From NCBI RefSeq assembly GCF_000341395.1, contig NC_020304.1:570001-602000 (forward strand): a stretch of DNA of 32,000 nucleotides, written 5' to 3'. This stretch comes from Desulfocapsa sulfexigens DSM 10523. Lineage in GTDB: Bacteria; Desulfobacterota; Desulfobulbia; Desulfobulbales; Desulfocapsaceae. Positions within the stretch are counted from its first letter, which is position 1. Each line of letters begins with the position of its first letter. The notes under the pieces were generated by a model. The model saw only the letters and a program-made list of their open reading frames with translations, did no database searches and was not told the origin of the DNA. The position numbers were made by a program, and so were the translations under genes. This document shows, in pieces, positions 15,754 to 23,311 of this stretch.

Positions 15754-16629
15754 ATGCAGCAGGGAAAACGCCAAAAACAGAATGATCCGATGCTGTCCTT
15801 TCACCTGATGAAATTTGCATTTCAGGATTTTCAGAAAAGTGCCTGCAACCTTACCCATCAGGAATATGAACTGGCGTATCAACACGCCAACGAGGAAATG
15901 CTTCTTCACCAGGTAATCCTCACTTCCGACGAGGCCTGTTGCGTAGTCATACCCGATCCAACTCTTCAACAAACCCTGTTGGAAATCATCGCTGAATACC
16001 CAGATGAGGCCACCTTCTACGGCACTCTTGAAGAAAACAACATGAAACTCGACGAATACAGGACCGCCCTGCACAATGACCTCCGTGTAGAGACGATACT
16101 CTCACGAATAGCATCCACGGTGCAATCTGTAACGGCAGTCGAGGTGCGACGCTACTACAACAGGAATAAAACGGAATTCAACCAACCCGAACAGCGCAGT
16201 GCTAATCTCATTCAAATTCGCTTCAACCCTTTTTTGCCTTCTGAACTCAATTCAGCCTATAAGAAAATCGCTGCTATCCACAGGAGAGTAACTAGAAATC
16301 CAGTATCTTTCCCAAAGGAAGCACGACTCTTTTCAGACTGTAACACTGCCAAAAATGATGGAAACCTGGGCCGCCTGGCCGCCGGTGAACTTTGCCCGGA
16401 ACTGGACAGGGTACTGTTCACCCTTCAGGCTGGAGAAACAAGTGCTATTATTAGGAATTCGACTGGATTCAGCATAATACAGTGCAGTGAAATCCACCCC
16501 GCTAGAAAGCTGAGTATCAAAGAGGCCTCCCTTATTATTTTCCCCATTCTCCTGAAAAAAAAGCAGTTGGAGGCTTGCCGAATGTGGTTGCAAAAGCTTA
16601 TTCAACCGAGCAAGGAAACCACGCCTTGA
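15754..16629 (+). CDS. Parvulin-type (PpiC/rotamase) peptidyl-prolyl isomerase-like protein, cytoplasmic, with a SurA-N/NifM-like N-domain
   Basis: The C-terminal half aligns to the parvulin consensus: ...ANLIQI...SDCNTAKNDGNLGRLAAGELCPELDRVLFTLQAGETSAIIRNSTGFSIIQ. No signal peptide. Start set to the ATG at 15754, preceded by GAGGA. The ORF-track start at 15736 is a TTG. Confidence 0.7.
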   Translation: MQQGKRQKQNDPMLSFHLMKFAFQDFQKSACNLTHQEYELAYQHANEEMLLHQVILTSDEACCVVIPDPTLQQTLLEIIAEYPDEATFYGTLEENNMKLDEYRTALHNDLRVETILSRIASTVQSVTAVEVRRYYNRNKTEFNQPEQRSANLIQIRFNPFLPSELNSAYKKIAAIHRRVTRNPVSFPKEARLFSDCNTAKNDGNLGRLAAGELCPELDRVLFTLQAGETSAIIRNSTGFSIIQCSEIHPARKLSIKEASLIIFPILLKKKQLEACRMWLQKLIQPSKETTP

Positions 16630-18284
16630 CCAGACCAGACAAACAGCCTCCTCCACGTCTTATCCCAAAGCTTCTGTTTGAAACGGAAACACTCAGCGAT
16701 AGCGACAACAATTCCTTCCAAACGGTGGAACTGGTACGCAAAGGTCAACCCCTTGTCGAGTTACTCGCTCCACCGGGTGCTCCGCCAAGAAATCCTACAG
16801 AACTTGTTCCCGGGAAAAACACTCTGCTCTCCGATGACAAGTGCAAACTTCTGGCTGAGATCGACGGCTACCCCTTACTCTCCAAGAAAAGCAACCAGGG
16901 AATCGATCTTATCATGATATCGGTGGTTCCCCTGCTCTCCATTGCAGATGACAAAATGTCTGCAACCATCAGCCTTTACCCGCCCGTGAGGAACTCCCCG
17001 GAACTCAGTAGAGAAACTCTTATGGACATCCTCACATCCCAGGAAATTCGTTTTGGGATCTCTCTTGAAAATCTGGACAGGCTCCTCAGTCTTTGTAAAG
17101 AAAAACGCTCCCCACTCAAAGATGAAACGATTGCCAGAGGCCTACTTCCCCTGAACGGAAAGGCCAGCTTTCTCCGTTTTGAAATTGAAGTGGGCCCCCT
17201 CCCGGGAACAATTATGGGAAACGGGAAAATTGACTTTCGGGAACGAAAAATGTTTGTAGGGGTCTCAAAAGGACAGATAATTGCTAAACGGATTCCGCCG
17301 ACACTAGGAACCCCTGGCCTTACGGTTACAGGTGAAGAAGTGCCCCAAATTCCAGGAGAGAATTTGCCTGTTACAGTGAGTGATGATGCCGAATACGATG
17401 AGGAGAGTGGTATTATTCGTGCCCTTCAAAACGGTATTCTCTCCCTTGTCAGCGAAAATTCAATCAAAGTCTGCGCTAAACAGGTTATCCCGGGAAACAT
17501 CGACTACAGTACTGGTAATATAGAATCTCAGGACGCGGTTGAAATAACTGGAACCATACTTCCTGGTTTCAGAGTAAAAACCCACGGAGACCTGTTGCTC
17601 AAAGGAAACGCACGCTCCGCCAACATAAAATGTAAAGGCAATCTAGTAGTAAAGGGAGGTATCCTTGGCAAAAAATGTAAGGTGAAAGTATCGGGTGATG
17701 CAGATTTTGGTTTTATGGAACAGGGCCAGCTCAGGGTGAAGGGGCGGGTGATTATTCGCAAGCAGGCTTATTACGCTAAAATCATGGCCAACGGAGAGAT
17801 CCACTGTGAAAACAGCAGTCGGATTCTGGCCGGGCTATTGATGAGTGCCTCAAGCCTTAACCTTGGGAATGTAGGATCCCCAAATGCTCCCTTTTCACTA
17901 CTTGCAGCAGGCATTGCCCCCGGACGCTATCTGCGCTATCTTAAAATACGATCCGACCTCAAGGACGTCGAGCAGGAACGCCTCGTCTTTCTGCAACGAT
18001 ACGGATTGAAACAAAAAGTAAATGTACTGAAATCACTGGAAAAAACCGTAGAGAGTCTACATAACGACTTAACAAAGCTGAACCTTATTCCAGGGACTGA
18101 TGCCAATTCTGCGGATAGAGGGATTGAGTATCTACGAACAATCGCAATTACAGTACAGGGCACAATATTCAGCGGTACAGAGCTGCAGATTGGCAATGCC
18201 ACCACCATCGTCAAGAACGATCTCACTGGCGTACGTTTTACACTGGATAGTCACACCGGTACTTTTATCGAAACAAGCCTATAA
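16575..18284 (+). CDS. DUF342 / FapA-family protein
   Basis: Central beta-helix-like repeats (GNIDYSTGNIESQDAVEITGTILPGFRVKTHGDLLLKGNARSANIKCKGNLVVKGGILGKKCKVKVSGDADF) and a C-terminal coiled coil are typical of DUF342. Start is uncertain: TTG at 16575 overlaps the parvulin gene by 55 nt. An alternative TTG at 16626 forms a TTGA start/stop overlap and has AAGGA upstream. Confidence 0.75.
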   Translation: MPNVVAKAYSTEQGNHALTRPDKQPPPRLIPKLLFETETLSDSDNNSFQTVELVRKGQPLVELLAPPGAPPRNPTELVPGKNTLLSDDKCKLLAEIDGYPLLSKKSNQGIDLIMISVVPLLSIADDKMSATISLYPPVRNSPELSRETLMDILTSQEIRFGISLENLDRLLSLCKEKRSPLKDETIARGLLPLNGKASFLRFEIEVGPLPGTIMGNGKIDFRERKMFVGVSKGQIIAKRIPPTLGTPGLTVTGEEVPQIPGENLPVTVSDDAEYDEESGIIRALQNGILSLVSENSIKVCAKQVIPGNIDYSTGNIESQDAVEITGTILPGFRVKTHGDLLLKGNARSANIKCKGNLVVKGGILGKKCKVKVSGDADFGFMEQGQLRVKGRVIIRKQAYYAKIMANGEIHCENSSRILAGLLMSASSLNLGNVGSPNAPFSLLAAGIAPGRYLRYLKIRSDLKDVEQERLVFLQRYGLKQKVNVLKSLEKTVESLHNDLTKLNLIPGTDANSADRGIEYLRTIAITVQGTIFSGTELQIGNATTIVKNDLTGVRFTLDSHTGTFIETSL

Positions 18285-18292
18285 GGGAACAT

Positions 18293-18961
18293 ATGTTTAT
18301 CAAACTCTGGATGCAGCGGGACGTTGTCACCATCGACCCGGACACACCACTTGGCGAGGCCGCAGAAATCATCAAACAAAACTCTTTTCGCCACCTCCCG
18401 GTAGTCAAAGATGGAAAACTTGTTGGAATAATAACCCAGAAGGATATCAACCAGGCTCTTCCTTCCGCTATTGACTCTTCTCTTGGTTCTGAGAATAGAG
18501 TCATTGCAGCCCAGGCAAAAATATCCTCTTTTATGGTAAACCAACCCATCACCGCCTCCCCCATGGATCCTTTAGAAAACGTAGCTCTTTTGATGCGTAA
18601 ATTTAAAATTGGTGCTGTGCCGGTGGTCGAAAACGACAAACTGGTTGGAATCGTGACCGAAACCGATATCTTCAGGGCTTTTACGGAAATAATGGGTGTT
18701 CGGGAAACGGGTTCACGCATCGAATTACAGATAAAAAATAACAGTACTGCCGTTTATAAAGTCGTTGAGATATGTAAAGAATTTAATATGGAATTGAACG
18801 CCATCAGTGTGTACAAAAATTTTAGCCATGAACACCAGCTTCTCACCATTCGTGTAAGCGGTGAGGAAATGGATCAGCTGATAGATGCACTGTGGGATTC
18901 AGGAACCAAGATAAATCAGATCCTGGCAGGCGGCAATACGGAGAAAGTGGTACCATCCTAA
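18293..18961 (+). CDS. CBS-pair plus ACT-domain protein (AcuB-like)
   Basis: 222 aa. Two CBS motifs (FRHLPVVKDGKLVGIITQKDI and IGAVPVVENDKLVGIVTETDIFRAF) and an ACT-like C-terminus (SRIELQIKNNSTAVYKVVEICKEF...). The ATG lies 8 nt after the DUF342 stop, with AAGGGA upstream. Confidence 0.8.
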   Translation: MFIKLWMQRDVVTIDPDTPLGEAAEIIKQNSFRHLPVVKDGKLVGIITQKDINQALPSAIDSSLGSENRVIAAQAKISSFMVNQPITASPMDPLENVALLMRKFKIGAVPVVENDKLVGIVTETDIFRAFTEIMGVRETGSRIELQIKNNSTAVYKVVEICKEFNMELNAISVYKNFSHEHQLLTIRVSGEEMDQLIDALWDSGTKINQILAGGNTEKVVPS

Positions 18962-18967
18962 CCCAAA

Positions 18968-19735
18968 TCAAAGGTTGTGACGTATGAGGCGTTGCTTCAT
19001 ATCTCCAAAATCCAGTTCAAAACGGGCCTGGAGTCTTTCTGGTTTTTTGTTGTCACCTGCAAAGGCATTCAGACCTATTTCATGTTTGAACGAATAACTG
19101 ATCACGTTGCCTCGATTCGCTACAGGGCAGGTGAGGTTACCGGTGAAGCATTCGGCGAGTTCACGGGTCACGCGGGTCAGCTCCGAGGTGGAGCCACTCC
19201 AGAGGTTGGAGCAGAGGATGCCGCCTTCACTGAGGTGGTTTCGGCACGTCGTAAAAAAGTCCCGATTGTAGATAACGTCAGCGATCCCGAGTTCGTCAAA
19301 AGCATCGAGCAGGATTATATCATAGGGTTCCTCCTCATCCCGGTTCTCCAGGAACGGAACTCCGCCCCGGCAGTGTATGGTAACGTTGTCCGTCTCCGGT
19401 AGATTAAAATAGGTACGGGCCAGATCGATTATCTCCTGGGAATGATCCACTGCGTCGATTCGACAATCTGGAAGCATCGTGCTGATATATCGAACCAGTG
19501 AACCGGCACCGAGCCCGATGAGCAGGATTCGTTTCGGGTCAGGGAGAAACATGAGGGAGAGCATCATGTATCGTGTATAGGGCAGAACCAGAAGATGGGG
19601 GGCATCAAGTGCCATTTTCGACTGGAGGAATTTGGTATTGAAGTAAAGATAGCGGAAATTTTCCCGATCGAATATCTCCACTAACCTGTCTCCACGGCGA
19701 GATTTGTGAATGAGTGTCTTGCTGTCTGTTTTCAT
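18968..19735 (-). CDS. Spermidine/spermine-synthase-like class I SAM-dependent methyltransferase-fold protein
   Basis: 255 aa. ILLIGLGAGSLVRYI...IDAVDHSQEIIDLARTYF...YDIILLDAFD is the Rossmann/SAM-binding pattern of spermidine-synthase-like proteins. Confidence 0.7.
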   Translation of the reverse strand: MKTDSKTLIHKSRRGDRLVEIFDRENFRYLYFNTKFLQSKMALDAPHLLVLPYTRYMMLSLMFLPDPKRILLIGLGAGSLVRYISTMLPDCRIDAVDHSQEIIDLARTYFNLPETDNVTIHCRGGVPFLENRDEEEPYDIILLDAFDELGIADVIYNRDFFTTCRNHLSEGGILCSNLWSGSTSELTRVTRELAECFTGNLTCPVANRGNVISYSFKHEIGLNAFAGDNKKPERLQARFELDFGDMKQRLIRHNL

Positions 19736-19922
19736 TTGGTAAATAGGGTCAACTCTGCCCTTGACTCCTATTATGTTACGGGTTGACCTTCACGGGAAAG
19801 ATCGATGCAGGGAGGGGTTTCCTTCGGTAATCGTAGTCATTTTTTTAATGGGAACGGTTGAGGTATCTCCTGAATAAGGCACCCGCACAATATAAACAGA
19901 CTTCCTATCTAACTTGGCATCC

Positions 19923-20168
19923 CTAAATACTCATACCAGGATAAGAAGAACCGCATGATAGCGATGAAAACTGTGACGGTAATTTGGACACTACTGGTAT
20001 TTCACTCAACGTCTTCTCAAAGTTTTCTATTCCTTTTGAAAATCTGTATTGCTGTGCAGTTTCAACTACTTCAATTATAATATCATAACTGAAGCCATCC
20101 TCTTCCATCGTTCTTTCCAGTTTTCGTAGCTCTTCTCTCGTCATGTTATTTCCAGGAATAATTGACAT
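19923..20168 (-). CDS. Hypothetical small protein (81 aa), weakly supported
   Basis: The only ORF in an AT-rich 615-bp gap. Acidic helical N-half (MTREELRKLERTMEEDGFSYDIIIEVVETAQQYRF). No Shine-Dalgarno at either candidate ATG and no recognisable family. Confidence 0.3.
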   Translation of the reverse strand: MSIIPGNNMTREELRKLERTMEEDGFSYDIIIEVVETAQQYRFSKGIENFEKTLSEIPVVSKLPSQFSSLSCGSSYPGMSI

Positions 20169-20350
20169 TCTAAAAAACTATTATTCCTCATTGAAACATA
20201 AACCGTTACATTTTCATATAGGTAGATATACCCAATTTGCTGATAACTAAAAACATTTTACTATAGGTGCCCTGGGCGCAAGGTTAACTGTTGAGTAAGA
20301 TGGGAGGGTTGAGAGTATTCCTGACCATACAATCAGTATTCAGCAAAACG

Positions 20351-21502
20351 TCAGGTCAAAGATGATACGCTACCACTCAGTTGCTGCCGGCTGCCGGAAA
20401 CACCACCCTGAAGTTTCTTCTGCAGAGCACGTTTTAAACGGAAGCGATTCCAATAGATAACAGGTGTTTTGCTCACCCTTTGTTTTCCCGCTACAACTGC
20501 CTCGGGAAAGAAAAGAAGGTCAAGAAGATGATGGGTAGTGGCACTTTCTCCCAGGAAATGAGTACAGCCTGCACAGTAACTGATAATCGGATCGCTCCCT
20601 GCTTCTGTCACTCGTTTTTGAGTCCATTCCCTGGCAAAATCGGGTCGTATAAACCCTGCAGAGCCTCCTTCACCACAGCAGAAGGTGCGTTCCCGGCTAT
20701 GCTCCATTTCCCTAATCGTAATTCCCTGGTGCTGCAGAATATTCCTGGTACTTTGCTGCACCTCTGGAACAAATCGCACCCCACATGGGTCATGAATTGT
20801 CACCTCGGTCTGGATGCCACCTCTTATCTTTGGTGACTGCAGCAACTCTTCATACACTGTCCGCACCTCAATGCCAGTGGAATATTCCTTAAAAATACGA
20901 TGACAGTTCGGGCAGCTCACAAGAACTTTTGTTACGGAATTTTTACTCAGGATGCTGCAAAGTTCAGCAAACATTTTCTTAAAATGGGCCATGTCCCCAA
21001 GATCATGGGAAGGTTTAGTGCAGCAGTCAAACACGATTCCAATGTCAGGTATGGTTTCCTGTAAAAGCTCGAACAAATGACTGAAGGTTTCGGGACGACT
21101 GCCGGGGATGGCACATCCGGGAAACAATACCGTGTGGCAATTTTCAGGAAAATAATACCAGGAGAGCAGCGACGAACTCCCCCGCCGTTCATAGGCTCGG
21201 ATGGTTTTATGCTGCCTGAGCCGACCATGCCCCTCGTTTACCAACTCCTGCCGCATAGCGAGAAACATAGCTGAAGAATCAAGCTCCTTAGGACAAACTC
21301 CGTGACATAGGCCACAGAGACTGCACTCAAATGGAAACTCCTTGTTTATAATGGTATCCTTTCTCTCCAACCAACTCTCCGCAAGCTTTTGCGGAGAGCC
21401 ATACTCCTGCAGAAAAGCGCATTCCTTAACACAGATTCCACAGTTCACGCAATCTTTGGCAATACTCTCAATGGGAGACAAAAGTGTATCCAACGTCTCC
21501 AT
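20351..21502 (-). CDS. HdrD/GlcF-like Fe-S protein (two 4Fe-4S ferredoxin motifs plus two CCG domains)
   Basis: CVNCGICVKEC and CSLCGLCHGVCP (CxxCxxCxxxC, twice). Two cysteine-rich CCG-type modules follow: FPGC...FDCCTKP...CPNC and HDPC...FCCGEGG...CAGC. Confidence 0.8.
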   Translation of the reverse strand: METLDTLLSPIESIAKDCVNCGICVKECAFLQEYGSPQKLAESWLERKDTIINKEFPFECSLCGLCHGVCPKELDSSAMFLAMRQELVNEGHGRLRQHKTIRAYERRGSSSLLSWYYFPENCHTVLFPGCAIPGSRPETFSHLFELLQETIPDIGIVFDCCTKPSHDLGDMAHFKKMFAELCSILSKNSVTKVLVSCPNCHRIFKEYSTGIEVRTVYEELLQSPKIRGGIQTEVTIHDPCGVRFVPEVQQSTRNILQHQGITIREMEHSRERTFCCGEGGSAGFIRPDFAREWTQKRVTEAGSDPIISYCAGCTHFLGESATTHHLLDLLFFPEAVVAGKQRVSKTPVIYWNRFRLKRALQKKLQGGVSGSRQQLSGSVSSLT

Positions 21503-21505
21503 AAC

Positions 21506-22120
21506 TTAAAAAGGGCTCACCACTCTGGCAGCAGTTGTCATGGTGTTCATGATGTCATACATATTAGTGATGCTCCCCACCTTACGTTCCTCTTCCAGCT
21601 TAAAGAATTCAAGACAGGTTCCGCAGATCCAAATGGTTACACCTTGTTTTTCCAAAGCCTGCAAAGCTTCCAGTGCCTTTCCTTCCTGTGTCGCAAGCTT
21701 AACACCTCCATTATAGAGAAGAATATGAGAGGGGAGCGGGGAAATTTCAGCAATGGTTTTCACGTAGGTCTGCAACAATGCCCATCCCAATTCGGAAGAG
21801 CCACGTCCCATGGAATCGGAAGGAATAACGTAAACCAGATTACCGGCATCGGGCAGGGCACAGGAATAATCAGCTTCCTGAAAATCCTCCCTGGGAGTAT
21901 CACTCTCCCCTGGTGTAAGGCTTATAAGAAAATCACCATCCCCCCTTTGCTCCACACTCACTTGACATCCCTGACTCCTGCCAAAGCGAAGAACATTTTC
22001 CCGAGAAGCCTCATTATCCACAACAACACTGAAGACCTCTTCAGGATGATTTTCCAAATACTCCTTCGTCCGCAACACTGGTTCAGGACAATTAAGCCCC
22101 CTGCAATCCAATATTTCCAT
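21506..22120 (-). CDS. yedF: YedF-type protein: TusA/SirA-like domain fused to a DsrE-like domain
   Basis: 204 aa from the internal ATG at 22120, with GAGGAGAG upstream. MEILDCRGLNCPEPVLRTK is the TusA CPxP motif. The C-terminal half (VYVIPSDSMGRGSSELG...ILLYNGGVKL...IWICGTCLEFF) is DsrE/YedF-like. The longer ORF-track version (to 22369) runs through a terminator and is rejected. Confidence 0.8.
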   Translation of the reverse strand: MEILDCRGLNCPEPVLRTKEYLENHPEEVFSVVVDNEASRENVLRFGRSQGCQVSVEQRGDGDFLISLTPGESDTPREDFQEADYSCALPDAGNLVYVIPSDSMGRGSSELGWALLQTYVKTIAEISPLPSHILLYNGGVKLATQEGKALEALQALEKQGVTIWICGTCLEFFKLEEERKVGSITNMYDIMNTMTTAARVVSPF

Positions 22121-22168
22121 AATATATTTTTCTCTCCTCTCGTTTTTGTAATATGACGGAGCTAAATC

Positions 22169-22210
22169 AAAAAAAAAAGCTGCCTTCGTCCTGATCAGGA
22201 TGAAGGCAGC
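22169..22210 (-). terminator. Rho-independent terminator of the coiled-coil protein gene
   Basis: Minus strand: GCTGCCTTCATCC-TGATCA-GGACGAAGGCAGC (12 of 13 positions pair) followed by 10 T, 28 nt after the TGA stop at 22239. Confidence 0.85.
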
Positions 22211-22238
22211 CAAAGATATAACGTCCGGAAACAGAAAA

Positions 22239-23153
22239 TCAGTGCGCAGGTGCTGCCTCACCTTCAGCAGCCTGCTCTGCCTCAACAGTTGCTTCGGGAG
22301 CAAGCTCTTCTGCAGGGGCAGCCTCTTCTTCAGCAGGTGCAGCTTCTTCCGCAACAACAATCTCTTCAATCACCTGATCACTCAACTGACGCTGGAGATC
22401 TTCAATAATCTGATATTTTGCAGCCAATTCCTTTTCAAGAGCAACCCGGGTCTCTTCAAGGATAAGGAGAGAATTGTTCTGAGCGGCAATTCGTGAAAGA
22501 AGTACATTCATGTTCAATTTCGTACGGCCAAGCTCTTCTCCACTGGCAACAAGGATTTTGTTACGCTCCTCAAGTGCCTTTTCAAGGGAAAGGATACGCG
22601 ATTTACTCTCATCCACCTCAGCTGAAAGCGCCTGTTTTTTGGCACTGTACTCGTCCACGCTGTTGGCCAGCGTTGACTTTACATTTTCAAGTCCAGTTAT
22701 GGTAACTTCTGCCGCAGCAAGAGCAGCATCTTTTTCTTCGATAACGGCCTTTGCATCAACAACTGCCTGCTCAAGGCCGGCAACTTCTGCAGTACATTTA
22801 TCCAACTGAGCCTGCATCCCTTCAAGGGCCTGTGAACCACCAGCAGATGCCGCAAGTTCTTTTTTCAAGCCTGCAATCTCTTCCTTCTGACTATCCACAC
22901 TTCCCTTCAAGGTTGCAGCTTTGGCAAGGAGTTTCTGGTTCTGAGCGGTAAGGGTCTCAACCTCTGCCAATGCCTTTTCAGTAGCAGCACTGGCATCGTT
23001 CGCCACAGCTTCATCTACAGCAGCGGGAGCCTCAGCTTTCATAGCAACAAGCTGTCTCTCCAGACTTTTACTTTTTTTGTCCTGAACCGACCCCCAAATT
23101 GTCCCCACCAGACAGAGAACAACCAGGGCAATGATAATCTGATTTTTACTCAT
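22239..23153 (-). CDS. Membrane-anchored coiled-coil protein, Ala/Glu-rich, function unknown
   Basis: 304 aa. N-terminal TM (IIIALVVLCLVGTIWG), then ~230 aa of heptad-like A/E/K/L sequence. Acidic C-terminal low-complexity tail (AEEAAPAEEEAAPAEELAPEA...). Confidence 0.7.
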   Translation of the reverse strand: MSKNQIIIALVVLCLVGTIWGSVQDKKSKSLERQLVAMKAEAPAAVDEAVANDASAATEKALAEVETLTAQNQKLLAKAATLKGSVDSQKEEIAGLKKELAASAGGSQALEGMQAQLDKCTAEVAGLEQAVVDAKAVIEEKDAALAAAEVTITGLENVKSTLANSVDEYSAKKQALSAEVDESKSRILSLEKALEERNKILVASGEELGRTKLNMNVLLSRIAAQNNSLLILEETRVALEKELAAKYQIIEDLQRQLSDQVIEEIVVAEEAAPAEEEAAPAEELAPEATVEAEQAAEGEAAPAH

Positions 23154-23311
23154 GACCCGACCTCACAAAATATATTTAATAAAATATCCTTCAATAGCAT
23201 TAAACCAAACAAGAAAATATCAACCTACAGAAGATATGAGTAAGTGTCAATATCAATATATGCCAAAAACTCGTCCTACATAAAGTCTGATTTCAGGCGG
23301 AAAAACAGAAC

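Noticed and set aside
15598-16074. 158-aa minus-strand ORF overlapping the 5' part of the parvulin gene
   Set aside because: The + strand frame continues seamlessly into a recognisable SurA-N/parvulin architecture and has a GAGGA-preceded ATG. The minus-strand product looks non-protein-like (W/F/H/C-rich).
20351-22120. Selenocysteine (in-frame TGA) recoding, considered because a YedF-type selenium-metabolism gene is present
   Set aside because: All recognisable genes here are full length without needing TGA read-through. I saw no pair of adjacent same-frame ORFs split by a TGA. SECIS elements cannot be excluded without a dedicated search.
21389-22156. 255-aa + strand ORF spanning the YedF and HdrD-like genes
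   Set aside because: It is antisense to two genes with clear domain signatures. The translation has no recognisable motifs and odd composition.
22121-22369. 83-aa N-terminal extension of the YedF ORF in the track (MKRLLLRKKLHLLKK...)
   Set aside because: The extension is K/L/R low-complexity. It runs through the strong terminator at 22169-22210 and overlaps the 3' end of the coiled-coil gene. The ATG at 22120 has a good Shine-Dalgarno and starts exactly at the TusA domain.
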